Shown piece after piece: positions 9,597 through 18,404 of a DNA stretch of 64,000 bases; the stretch's first letter is position 1; each line of letters starts with the position of its first letter. Made by a program: the position numbers and the translations under genes. Where the stretch lies: the NCBI GenBank assembly GCA_041663025.1, contig JBAZRE010000002.1, forward strand, positions 27,703 to 91,702, written 5' to 3'. The stretch comes from Minisyncoccota bacterium. GTDB lineage: Bacteria > Patescibacteriota > Minisyncoccia > Phycocordibacterales > Phycocordibacteraceae. Below the pieces are notes generated by a model that was given only the letters and a program-made list of their open reading frames with translations, did not search any database and was not told the origin of the DNA.

Positions 9597-10775
9597 TCAG
9601 GTTTCTTGTGCGGGGATTGTCGTGAGGGAAGTCTGATTTCCCTTTATAATTGCATCAAGGAAGTCGTCCAGTGGCGCGGTCGCGACGCAGACGACCTTGT
9701 CCGCACCTCCATAGTAGACAAAGAGAGTCCCTTCGCGCACGACAGCGCCGCAGGCATAGACGATGCCCGGCTTCCCGGCGTTCTCGTAGTGTTCATCTGG
9801 CTCGATAACGGGCGCAACAGCGCGATAAAGAATCTTGGTCGGGTCAACGAGATCAAGCAGCATTGCGCCGAGCTTGTAGCGACTCGGCTCGTGTGCGTCA
9901 TGTGCATGATAGAAGACGAGCCATCCCTTATCTGTGCGGAGGGGCGGCGGGCCAGCACTGCGCACGTGCGTGTGCCAGGCGACAAGCATGTCAGGTACTC
10001 TTTGCGGATCGGGACTCGTGAATTTCCTCAGGGTCAGGTCTGCGAGATCATCAATGAATTCTACACGCACATGATTTTCATCATCGCCGATAATACTATG
10101 CAGAATAGCGAATTGCCCCGCAATTTTTTCTGGGAACAACATCCAATTTTTTTCTCGGTCGCTGTGCGTGAGAACGATTGGTCCCTCCCACCGGTGAAAT
10201 TGTTTTGCGAGGAAATCTTCTTCACTCATTGAGATCACCCCAACGCGGAGCATCCAATTTTCAAACATATTGAAGGTGACATAGACGCACCCATCTATAA
10301 CGACCATACGCGGATCCTCACACCCGCCCCAGCTACCGCCCGAGGGATACATCACTGGAGAATAACGGCGGCGCGAGCCAGGCAGGCTCCCGCCAGGGTT
10401 GCGCGATGCATAGGCGGGATATGGCAGACGCTCGTCGAATGTGATGCCATCAGCGCTTGAAGCGTAGCCAATGCGCGAGACGCCGTCGGTGCCTACCGCG
10501 CGATAGAGAAGGTGTGTCCGGCCGCCGATGACGGCCGCCGCCGGATTCAATACCGCCTCCGCGGTCCACGGATGACTCCCCGGTTTGAGGATTGGATTAC
10601 GAGAAGATTTGCTGAGTAAAAGGCGACGGAGATGCAGAATCTCCACTAGTTTTTCTCGAATAGGTTTCGAGAAAGCAGCACCAAGAATCGCTCCGACAAC
10701 GAAGAAGGAAAAGAGCAAAGCGATCATGTTCACGATGAAGGGGAATGTCATAGAAAGCTCTGTTAACAATACCAT
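9597..10775 (-). CDS. membrane-anchored GH130-family glycoside phosphorylase
   Basis: N-terminal TM helix followed by a single GH130 module carrying GCEDPR and YGGADK motifs. Confidence 0.7.
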   Translation of the reverse strand: MVLLTELSMTFPFIVNMIALLFSFFVVGAILGAAFSKPIREKLVEILHLRRLLLSKSSRNPILKPGSHPWTAEAVLNPAAAVIGGRTHLLYRAVGTDGVSRIGYASSADGITFDERLPYPAYASRNPGGSLPGSRRRYSPVMYPSGGSWGGCEDPRMVVIDGCVYVTFNMFENWMLRVGVISMSEEDFLAKQFHRWEGPIVLTHSDREKNWMLFPEKIAGQFAILHSIIGDDENHVRVEFIDDLADLTLRKFTSPDPQRVPDMLVAWHTHVRSAGPPPLRTDKGWLVFYHAHDAHEPSRYKLGAMLLDLVDPTKILYRAVAPVIEPDEHYENAGKPGIVYACGAVVREGTLFVYYGGADKVVCVATAPLDDFLDAIIKGNQTSLTTIPAQET

Positions 10776-10810
10776 TCACGCGGTGCATCGAGACGTGCTA
10801 TAGTCGCAAT

Positions 10811-11185
10811 ATGTTGGTAAATATGTGCATCGCAAAGCTACATCGAGCAACGGTAACAGACGCCGATCTCAACTATGTCGGCTCAATCACGATAGACGAG
10901 GTACTGATCGAGGCTGCTGGGCTAGTGGCAGGGCAGATGGTGCAGGTCAACAATCTCTCGAATGCCGCCACCTGGCGCACCTACATTTTGAAGGGTGAGA
11001 AGGGGAAAGGGGATATAATTCTAAATGGTCCACCAGCGAGACTCTTCCAGAAGGGTGACAAAGTTGTCATTCTCAGTGAGGGATTGGTTGATTCTAAGGA
11101 CGCTGCGAAGACGAGCCCAACGGTCGTCTTTATGGATGAAAAAAATCAGATTACTGAAGTGAAAAAAGGCTGGAGACCAGAGTGA
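10811..11185 (+). CDS. panD: aspartate 1-decarboxylase (pyruvoyl-dependent)
   Basis: AKLHRATVTDADLNYVGSITID matches the PanD N-terminus, including the Gly-Ser self-cleavage site. Typical length. Confidence 0.85.
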   Translation: MLVNMCIAKLHRATVTDADLNYVGSITIDEVLIEAAGLVAGQMVQVNNLSNAATWRTYILKGEKGKGDIILNGPPARLFQKGDKVVILSEGLVDSKDAAKTSPTVVFMDEKNQITEVKKGWRPE

Positions 11186-11194
11186 TTTTGCCTA

Positions 11195-11223
11195 TTGACA
11201 TAAAATTGTCAATATGGTAGTAT
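11195..11223 (+). promoter_or_regulatory. sigma70-like promoter (TTGACA-17-TAGTAT) containing inverted repeat TTGACAtaaaatTGTCAA
   Basis: The -35 and -10 hexamers have ideal spacing. The palindrome overlapping the -35 is a candidate operator for the 3D-domain gene. Confidence 0.35.
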
Positions 11224-11267
11224 AGAAATAACGAGGTAGCTACTGGCTATTTCGGTAACCAAATTCA

Positions 11268-11840
11268 ATGCTAAACATCGGAGCCCTTATGGGGTTTTTC
11301 CTTTTGTCAGGAGCCACTATGGCAACCGCACCAGCGAGTGTCCCTGTTGCGCCTGCGTTACCGAGCTATCCAGTGACGCTTACCGCCTATAATGCTGTGC
11401 CAGAACAGACCGATGACAGCCCACTTGAGACGGCGTCTGGTGCGTACTCAAATCCAGAAATTATCGCGGCTCGCTCGCAAGATCTCGCGAAGGAGCTCCC
11501 CTTCGGCACCATCGTTGAGCTCGTGATTGAGGGACCAGTTCTATCAGGGAATTCGTGCGGCTACAACATCGTCAAACCGATCATCGGTTATCGCGTTATC
11601 GCTGACACGATGAACGCGCGCTACACAGATCGCATTGACGTGCTTTTTGATACCGATTCAAACTACACACTTGCTGATGGTAAGGTGAAGAATGCTGGCA
11701 TGATACTTGGTATCTGTAATGGCATTACCGCGCGTGTTGTTGGTTTCGTAAATCTAAACAAAACGAGTCGCATCCCAAAGACACAATCTGAGCTCGTCGC
11801 GCTCGTAAACGGTACGAGTAAGACTATTGCGCTCAAATAA
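11268..11840 (+). CDS. 3D-domain (RlpA/MltA-like DPBB) secreted protein
   Basis: Signal peptide. TAYNAVPEQTDDSPLETASG and DRIDVLFDTD match 3D-domain conserved Asp motifs. Confidence 0.6.
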   Translation: MLNIGALMGFFLLSGATMATAPASVPVAPALPSYPVTLTAYNAVPEQTDDSPLETASGAYSNPEIIAARSQDLAKELPFGTIVELVIEGPVLSGNSCGYNIVKPIIGYRVIADTMNARYTDRIDVLFDTDSNYTLADGKVKNAGMILGICNGITARVVGFVNLNKTSRIPKTQSELVALVNGTSKTIALK

Positions 11841-11873
11841 GGTGACTCCTCGCCGCGAGGTGTCTCCTTACGG
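11838..11873. repeat. palindromic element family 1 (reverse orientation)
   Basis: taaggtgactcctcgccgcgaggtgtctccttacgg is the reverse complement of the core at 1401-1427. Overlaps the stop of the 3D-domain gene. Confidence 0.75.
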
Positions 11874-11898
11874 ATTAAATGCGGTATGCTAGAGGCGT

Positions 11899-12552
11899 AT
11901 GAAGCGCCTCACTCTGAAAGAATCAGGACTCACTCCAAAAGAATACGAGAAGCTGAAGAGTCTCTCGACGCCGATTAAGATTCAAGATTTTCTTGATACG
12001 TTTCCTTTCAATTTTGAGAAGAAGGGCGATACACATATGTCGCCTCGCCGCGTTTTGAAGGAGAAGAAGGCGCACTGCATCGAGGGAGCGCTTCTTGCTG
12101 CTGCTGCATTATGGATACACGGCGAGCCGCCACTCATCATGAATCTCTCGCCGCGCTATGGGCGCGGAGATGTTGACCATGTTGTCGCACTCTACAAGCG
12201 TGGCGGATTCTGGGGCGCGATTAGCAAAACGAATCATGCGTGCCTACGCTTCCGTGATCCGATTTACCGCACGCCGCGCGAGGTCGCGCTCTCTTATTTT
12301 CATGAATGGTTTATCAACGCGACAAGAGAAAAAGTACTTGAGCAATATTCAAAACCGCTTGATTTGCGTCGTTTTAAAACAGAATGGATCACTGCAGAAA
12401 AAGATTGGTGGGAAATTGATGATGCCCTCGACGAATTGCCCTACTACGACCTAGTGCCAAAAGGGAATTGGCGCCTCGTCCGCCCCGCAGACTCCATGGA
12501 GCTCAAAGCAGGCTCTTTTATCGAGTGGCAGAAGTCTAATCCAAAGACTTAA
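11899..12552 (+). CDS. hypothetical protein (possible transglutaminase/papain-like fold)
   Basis: 217 aa with conserved Cys (KAHCIEGA), His (DHVV) and Asp. No confident family assignment. Confidence 0.4.
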   Translation: MKRLTLKESGLTPKEYEKLKSLSTPIKIQDFLDTFPFNFEKKGDTHMSPRRVLKEKKAHCIEGALLAAAALWIHGEPPLIMNLSPRYGRGDVDHVVALYKRGGFWGAISKTNHACLRFRDPIYRTPREVALSYFHEWFINATREKVLEQYSKPLDLRRFKTEWITAEKDWWEIDDALDELPYYDLVPKGNWRLVRPADSMELKAGSFIEWQKSNPKT

Positions 12553-12579
12553 TATCAAGGCCTCGCCTCGCTGAAAAGT

Positions 12580-12600
12580 GGCCAACACCAGGTGTTGGCC
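12580..12600. terminator. hairpin ggccaacacc-a-ggtgttggcc
   Basis: 10-bp perfect stem immediately 3' of gene 11899-12552. Confidence 0.4.
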
Positions 12601-12693
12601 AAAATATGGTTAACTTGACGAGATTGTAATTTGAGTGTATGTTCCTTATCGGATACAATAAAAAACAAAACAATTAAGAAAGGAGAAGGTGTC

Positions 12694-13056
12694 ATGACTG
12701 AAAAGATGGGTGTGTGTATGGCCATGGACTTGCCACTTGCAAGTCGCCGCACTCTGGCCGTCCGAGCGGTTAGAGAGATTAGGGAGCGGATTAGAAAAAT
12801 GACAGAAACTGAACTTGAAGAACGGCAACATGAATCAGAAAAGGATAAGGATATGCTGAAACAAATCCACAACGAAGAAGCGCGCCTTAAGGTGGAAGAA
12901 CTTCAGAAAAGACTGGAGAATGATGTGAACAAAGCGGCAGATGCCTTGTACAAAGCCTTTTGGGAAACTGGGATGTATACCATTTGTTCTTTGCTTGGGA
13001 AAGATGCGGTTGATTTCGCACTGGAAACAACAAAGAACGAAAGTCTCGGGAATTGA
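12694..13056 (+). CDS. hypothetical coiled-coil protein
   Basis: Strong SD (AAAGGAGAAGG) 8 nt upstream of ATG 12694. Charged, coiled-coil-rich 120-aa product. Confidence 0.45.
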   Translation: MTEKMGVCMAMDLPLASRRTLAVRAVREIRERIRKMTETELEERQHESEKDKDMLKQIHNEEARLKVEELQKRLENDVNKAADALYKAFWETGMYTICSLLGKDAVDFALETTKNESLGN

Positions 13057-13127
13057 TTTCCAATTTCTTTACAAAAGAATGCCGCCCACAAAAGGCGGCT
13101 TCTTCTTTTCTTTATGCGCGCATGCCC

Positions 13128-13156
13128 TTGACAATATTATACCAGCTGCTATATTA
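13128..13156 (+). promoter_or_regulatory. promoter TTGACA-16-TATATT overlapped by perfect palindrome GCTGCTAtatTAGCAGC
   Basis: The -35/-10 hexamers are read directly. The palindrome is centred on the -10, making it a candidate repressor operator. Confidence 0.4.
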
Positions 13157-13191
13157 GCAGCGGAGCAAATAAATAAAAAAGGGGGTGTACT

Positions 13192-14466
13192 TTGAAAAAA
13201 TCACAAAGGTTAAAAGCGTCAGGAGGTACGGATGTCTTCAATCGTTTGGATGAAGCATACGCATGCTGGGAGGAGGACATGTGGCGAGCGCGAATGAGGC
13301 GCCGGCTTCATCAGTTTGTAACCCCTGGGTACAACCCAAGTATTACTGAAGTCGGATTTCCAGTTGATGGTGCACATAAGACCAAACAGCTTCTCCTAGA
13401 GTCGGTCTCGAGGAACAATTTGGATTATTTGCTTCCCGCGTTCCGTTCGAAGATAACTTCAATAGGGTTGCCGAGCATTGAAAAAATCCAGCAGGTCAAA
13501 GACACGAGGATCATGGGACAAGGAAATGCGCGGTTTACCGAAGAAGAAGAGGCGGCTACGCTGTGGGAAGAATTTCACTTTCCATATTATCTTGGGAAAT
13601 GGAATGCGTCTTCGCGTCGGATTTATTACATTCCGACCGATCTGATGCTTTTGCTCGAAGTAACAAGGTTGAAGGGGTTGACGTTTCGTAACGCGCGACT
13701 ACCTTTTTCTTCGTTCGGTATTGCATTGGAGACGCCTCTCGTGAATGAAGACGACAAGGAATTGGATTTCTTCCTCATCGGAGATTGTTCGAAAGAAGTA
13801 TTCGCATTCTATGGGCTCGCGCGCTCTCTTTCGAAGGTGAAATTGGTTGATCGGACCCTGCGGGCGAAAATCAGCGAAGCTGCAGACAAAGGTAATATTC
13901 GTCGATTCGTGCATTTGGCCGAGAAAGAGATGGGTCGGTCTTTACAGATAGGGGAGCATTGGGATTCGTATGTCGATATCGGCATTGAAGAAGATGACAT
14001 GGACGAGGATCTGGAAGTTGCGATGGCTGAAATCACCAAAGCTCAAAAAGATTGCTGGTTGGTGAGATTCATCCGCATACTCTTCGGACTTTGTGCCTAT
14101 ATGAGCACTTTTACTGCTGATAACGGTTCGATTCCGGAAGTGGTGCAGAAGACTTCCTACACAAAAAAGGTGTATGCAGGAGCTAAAGATGGCCCGGCAC
14201 TCGTGACTTCAGCGGAAGTCTTAAAAGTCCAGAGCGTTATTCGACTCTCGACCGAAGAAAGGGAAATCATTCGTGATCAGCTTTCAGGCCGTGGTGGATG
14301 GGAGGTAAAAGCACATTTCAGAGAAGGGTATTGGCGGCGCCCTAAGGGTGAAGGCCATAATCCAGATGCATCAAAGACAGTCTGGGTACGACCGACATTA
14401 GTTCGACGCGATCGTCTTCCTGACAACACTCTGCCACTTGGTGCAGAAAAAGTTCTTTACGCGTAA
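13192..14466 (+). CDS. hypothetical protein (424 aa, no recognised domain), probable TTG start
   Basis: GGGGG SD 8 nt upstream of TTG. Long uninterrupted ORF followed by terminator 14476-14508. Confidence 0.5.
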   Translation: MKKSQRLKASGGTDVFNRLDEAYACWEEDMWRARMRRRLHQFVTPGYNPSITEVGFPVDGAHKTKQLLLESVSRNNLDYLLPAFRSKITSIGLPSIEKIQQVKDTRIMGQGNARFTEEEEAATLWEEFHFPYYLGKWNASSRRIYYIPTDLMLLLEVTRLKGLTFRNARLPFSSFGIALETPLVNEDDKELDFFLIGDCSKEVFAFYGLARSLSKVKLVDRTLRAKISEAADKGNIRRFVHLAEKEMGRSLQIGEHWDSYVDIGIEEDDMDEDLEVAMAEITKAQKDCWLVRFIRILFGLCAYMSTFTADNGSIPEVVQKTSYTKKVYAGAKDGPALVTSAEVLKVQSVIRLSTEEREIIRDQLSGRGGWEVKAHFREGYWRRPKGEGHNPDASKTVWVRPTLVRRDRLPDNTLPLGAEKVLYA

Positions 14467-14475
14467 TGTTTATTA

Positions 14476-14508
14476 AAAAGCCGTCGATTCGTTCGGCGGC
14501 TTTTTTGT
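14476..14508 (+). terminator. rho-independent terminator
   Basis: aaaaagccgtcgattcgttcggcggcttttttg, a GC stem followed by a T-run. Confidence 0.45.
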
Positions 14509-14914
14509 GCTAAACTGCACTGATATGAAAGGATACATCACACATATTGAACAAGAGACGAAAGAGAACACCGATTATCGGCGGGTGGTTTATACCGCCA
14601 AACACTGTCAGTTAGTGCTGATGAGCCTTAACGCGGGCGAAGAGATCGGCGAAGAGGTGCACACACTTGATCAGTTTTTCAGATTTGAAGAAGGGCAAGG
14701 CAAGGTGATTATTGACGGCGTCGAACATGATGTGAAAGATGGCGATGCAGTTATAGTGCCAGAGGGCGCACTCCATAATGTCATCAACACCGGCCCAGGC
14801 GCGCTCAAGCTCTACACGATCTACGCACCGCCCAATCATAAAGACGGCACGGTACAGTCCACCAAGGCAGACGAGTTTGAAGAACACTTCGACAGCGTAA
14901 CTACGGAGAGTTAA
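14507..14914 (+). CDS. cupin-domain protein
   Basis: Small cupin beta-barrel signature (EEIGEEVH..DQFFRFEEGQGKV..DGDAVIVPEGALHNV). Confidence 0.55.
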   Translation: MLNCTDMKGYITHIEQETKENTDYRRVVYTAKHCQLVLMSLNAGEEIGEEVHTLDQFFRFEEGQGKVIIDGVEHDVKDGDAVIVPEGALHNVINTGPGALKLYTIYAPPNHKDGTVQSTKADEFEEHFDSVTTES

Positions 14915-14924
14915 GCAAAGATAT

Positions 14925-15326
14925 ATGACAAAAAAGAAACCGGTATATCCGGAGGGTGTCGTAGTGAAAAAATCGAGCGCAGGTATGGGGCTTTTTGCGA
15001 CCAGACCCTACAAGAAGGGTGAGCGTGTCATAGAGTATGTTGGCCGCTTTCTCGCACCAGGAGAGGAATATTCCAGCCGAAGCAAATATCTTTTTGAAGT
15101 TACGAAGAAGAAAACGATTGATGGCACAATGCGCGAAAATATTGCGCGCTACATCAATCATTCGTGTAAGCCGAATTGTGATCCAGAGATCGAGCGCGGG
15201 CGCATTTTTATTGATGCGATTAAAAACATCAAAACGGGTGAGGAATTTACTTATAATTATGGCGAGGAATATATCGATGAGCACATCAAGCCCTACGGAT
15301 GCCGGTGTGTGAAGTGTAAAAAATAA
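14925..15326 (+). CDS. SET-domain protein (putative lysine methyltransferase), paralog 1
   Basis: GxG..(F/Y)INHSCxPNC and C-terminal ELTYDY/EEFTYNYG plus post-SET Cys cluster (GCRCVKC). Confidence 0.7.
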   Translation: MTKKKPVYPEGVVVKKSSAGMGLFATRPYKKGERVIEYVGRFLAPGEEYSSRSKYLFEVTKKKTIDGTMRENIARYINHSCKPNCDPEIERGRIFIDAIKNIKTGEEFTYNYGEEYIDEHIKPYGCRCVKCKK

Positions 15327-15370
15327 AAAACAAGGGGCACCCTCGTTACGAGGGTGCCCCTTGTTTTTGC
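15325..15370. terminator. bidirectional rho-independent terminator
   Basis: caaggggcaccctcg-ttac-gagggtgccccttg flanked by an A-run and a T-run, between convergent SET and csp genes. Confidence 0.65.
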
Positions 15371-15382
15371 TTGACCTAAGAG

Positions 15383-15592
15383 TTAGATCTTGCTAACGCC
15401 AACGGCGTTCGGACCCTTCGGGCTGTCTCCAACCTCGAAAGAAACCTTGTCTCCCTCCTGGAGCTCGTCGAACGAAATGTTCTTAAGCTCGTTGGAATGG
15501 AAGAAAAGATCCTTAGAACCATCCGGTGCACCGGCGACTTTGATGAAGCCGAAGCCCTTGTCGTTCTTCTTGATGACTGTTCCTTCTTGCAT
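15383..15592 (-). CDS. csp: cold-shock protein (CspA family)
   Basis: MQEGTVIKKNDKGFGFIK.. with RNP1/RNP2-like motifs. 69 aa. Confidence 0.85.
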   Translation of the reverse strand: MQEGTVIKKNDKGFGFIKVAGAPDGSKDLFFHSNELKNISFDELQEGDKVSFEVGDSPKGPNAVGVSKI

Positions 15593-15711
15593 ACGTGATA
15601 GATATTGTGTGTGACTAAGTTATCAAATCAGTAGCCGAAGTAGAAGCTCGATCCCACTTCTCTGGATCCAGCGCTGGTTGATTTCTATATGATACCATAC
15701 TTACTATAAAT

Positions 15712-16380
15712 ATGGAACTACCACAGCCAGAGGCGTTTACCTGCAAGTGCTTGTTTGGACGCGAGTGGATTCGCTCGTTTCTTGGGGCACTCCTGCTGCT
15801 TGGTCTTGCATTCGTGTGTCAACACGCTGCGACGGTCTATGCACTCTCGTACCTGCTGCGCCCGACCTCGACCTATGTTGGCGATCTTCTCCTCGATAAT
15901 CTACCTATTGTTAATTTGAACTTTATTGTCATAGAGATTGCGTTGTTTGCCATTGTCTTCGGTACATTGTTTGTAGTGTTCTTCCGTCCACGCTATATCC
16001 TCTTTTCTCTCAAGGCGCTCGCACTCTTCATCGCAATTCGAGCACTCTTTATGTCGCTCACCCACGTCGGTATCTATCCGGGTTATATTATGCCGGGCAC
16101 GGGAATTTTTGCCGATATTTACTCATACTTCAATATGCAAACCGGATTCTTTTTTTCTGGTCATACGGGAATGCCAATCCTCATGGCGCTCATATTCTGG
16201 AAAAGACTGTTTGAGCGCAACATGTTCTTGATATTAGCTTTCGTTTTCGCAGTTTCGGTACTCTTCGCGCATATTCACTACTCGATCGATGTGCTCGCGG
16301 CGCCCTTCATGGCGTATGTCATATTCAATATGTCTCGGTATCTCTTCAAACGGGATTATGAGCTTATCGACTCACATTAG
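15712..16380 (+). CDS. PAP2-superfamily membrane phosphatase-like protein
   Basis: Multi-TM. Carries PAP2 motifs SGH (FFSGHTG) and HxxxD (HIHYSID). Confidence 0.55.
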   Translation: MELPQPEAFTCKCLFGREWIRSFLGALLLLGLAFVCQHAATVYALSYLLRPTSTYVGDLLLDNLPIVNLNFIVIEIALFAIVFGTLFVVFFRPRYILFSLKALALFIAIRALFMSLTHVGIYPGYIMPGTGIFADIYSYFNMQTGFFFSGHTGMPILMALIFWKRLFERNMFLILAFVFAVSVLFAHIHYSIDVLAAPFMAYVIFNMSRYLFKRDYELIDSH

Positions 16381-16382
16381 TC

Positions 16383-17621
16383 ATGTTTAACAAACGAACC
16401 CTCCTTCGCTTCGCTTCGGCGGGGCGCACGTATCTCGACTGTGCATCGGGCATAAATGGCAATCCATCATCTCCTCACACTGAAGGACGTCGTGCAAAGC
16501 TGATACTAGAAGACGCTCGGGTGACCATCGCACGTCTTGTTGAGGTACAGCCAGACGACGTAATTTTCACCAGCGGCGCGACCGAGGCGAACGCGCTCGC
16601 GATTCTTGGCAATTTAGGACTTACGAAGTCCCCAATATCAGGGCCAGTAATGTCAGGACTTCGTAAGTCCAAAATTCATATGCTCTATCTGCCGAGCGCG
16701 CACGCTTCTGTTGTTGAGAATATGAAATTGCTCAGTGAACGCGGTGTCGAAATTGAGGCACTTCCGATCAGGGACGGATGTGTTGATTGTGAAAAGTTGA
16801 AAGAGTTGTTGCGGCCAGAAACAAAACTGGTCAGTATGGATGCCGTCTGTGGAGAGACGGGTGTTATTTGGAACACAAGGGAAGTTGCAGAAACATTGAA
16901 AAGAACGCACAACGGAGGAAGCAATTTCCTTGCTCCTTCGGGCCTCATAGGAATGAGTCAGCCAGTCGCAGAGGAAACCACTTCCTCCTCCGTGCTCCAC
17001 GTTGACGCAAGTCAAGCGCCGCTGACTGAAAAAATAACTCGTGCGCATTTCGGTGCTGACCTGCTCACGCTTGACGGATCAAAAGTTGGCGCACGCGGCA
17101 TCGGCACTTTGATTGCACATCGCACCATTCCGATTTCTCCACTTTACTTAGGTGGAGGCCAAGAGCGAGGGCTTCGCCCGGGAACTGAAGTACCCGAGCT
17201 CGCAGAGAAGTTCGCGGCCTGCCTCCGGCAGGCCGCGCTTAGCCGCGAAGCATTTCTTGCTGCTGCAAAGAGAGATAGGGCAGAACTCATCAAGAAAATC
17301 TCGAGCATCCAACATATGTGCATAAACGAAGGCAGTAATCAATCTCCAAATATTTTAAACATTTCTCTTATTGGCCGTGACACTGATTATCTGGTCGCAC
17401 TCCTTGATGAAGCGGGATTCGCCGTCTCTACACGAAGCGCATGCGAGACCGATTCGCAGACGGGTTCTCGTGCCGTCTTTGCCATCACGGGAGACCAAGA
17501 TCGTGCTCGCGCGACATTGCGTATTTCCTGGGGGCCGAGCACTCGCTCGCGCGAATTGGTCCATTTTGCCAAAGCACTCGTACAGGCAGTCGCGTTTATT
17601 GACAGCAGTGACCAACGGTAG
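16383..17621 (+). CDS. class-V aminotransferase / cysteine desulfurase-like (IscS/NifS family)
   Basis: FTSGATEANALAI and SMDAVCGETG, with a PLP-fold pattern. Start 3 nt after the previous stop. Confidence 0.65.
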   Translation: MFNKRTLLRFASAGRTYLDCASGINGNPSSPHTEGRRAKLILEDARVTIARLVEVQPDDVIFTSGATEANALAILGNLGLTKSPISGPVMSGLRKSKIHMLYLPSAHASVVENMKLLSERGVEIEALPIRDGCVDCEKLKELLRPETKLVSMDAVCGETGVIWNTREVAETLKRTHNGGSNFLAPSGLIGMSQPVAEETTSSSVLHVDASQAPLTEKITRAHFGADLLTLDGSKVGARGIGTLIAHRTIPISPLYLGGGQERGLRPGTEVPELAEKFAACLRQAALSREAFLAAAKRDRAELIKKISSIQHMCINEGSNQSPNILNISLIGRDTDYLVALLDEAGFAVSTRSACETDSQTGSRAVFAITGDQDRARATLRISWGPSTRSRELVHFAKALVQAVAFIDSSDQR

Positions 17622-17633
17622 CATTATAGTCTT

Positions 17634-18398
17634 ATGAATATAGAGGAACTATCTAAAGCGCAGCTCATATTGCTTACGATTTTGGTCAATTTCGTCACGG
17701 CGGTCGCGACGGCTATTTTGACTGTTTCGATGCTTGACCATGCGCCACCGTTCGTTACACAGACCGTAAACCGAGTGGTTGAACATACCATAGAAACGGT
17801 TGCTCAAGTAGCACCGTCAATTATTCAGGCTCCGGCTCCATCAAACCAAGATCTCGTGACGGCAGCAATCGGTGCGGATGCGGCTCGCGCCGTTGCCATT
17901 TATGATGGAGAGACTGGCACTTCAACACCGGCTATTGCAATCGGTACTTATCTCCCTAAGTCGCGCGCTATCGCGACTGCGACTCAGGACTCCCTTCCGA
18001 AAGAAGCACTTATCGAGTTCACGAACGGTGCATATATCGACGCATCTCTCGCACATCAAGGAAGTGGTATTGCTATATACGGATTCGCAGACGATGCGGT
18101 TTTACCAAAGGCCGTTTCGCCGATCTTGATTGCTGAAGGAGATTTGAAGCTTGGTGCGACCGTGCTCGCGCTCAGCGCTGATGGTTTTGCCGCTACGGGC
18201 ATCATCGCGCGTGTGAGTGCGAAGGGCATTTACACCACTCTGCCTGATATAGGTACTGGGAGTGCGGCGGTCGATCTTTCGGGCAACCTTGTCGGCATCG
18301 GAGTAGGTTCGACGCCAGGGCTCTTAATAAGTGCAAGTAAAATAACTGCGCTTCTCACTGCAACATCAACCACCGCAACTTCAACAATAGCTCGCTAA
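17634..18398 (+). CDS. membrane-anchored protein with trypsin-like (S1/HtrA-like) C-terminal segment
   Basis: N-terminal TM. C-terminal GSAAVDLSGNLVGIGVG resembles the GxSGGP..G.vvGI region of S1 proteases. Retention of the active site is uncertain. Confidence 0.35.
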   Translation: MNIEELSKAQLILLTILVNFVTAVATAILTVSMLDHAPPFVTQTVNRVVEHTIETVAQVAPSIIQAPAPSNQDLVTAAIGADAARAVAIYDGETGTSTPAIAIGTYLPKSRAIATATQDSLPKEALIEFTNGAYIDASLAHQGSGIAIYGFADDAVLPKAVSPILIAEGDLKLGATVLALSADGFAATGIIARVSAKGIYTTLPDIGTGSAAVDLSGNLVGIGVGSTPGLLISASKITALLTATSTTATSTIAR

Positions 18399-18404
18399 TC
18401 GGAT

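Noticed and set aside
17634-18398. Active HtrA-like protease call
   Set aside because: Only the C-terminal glycine-rich segment resembles S1 proteases. The His/Asp/Ser triad could not be identified with confidence, so only a trypsin-like segment is reported.
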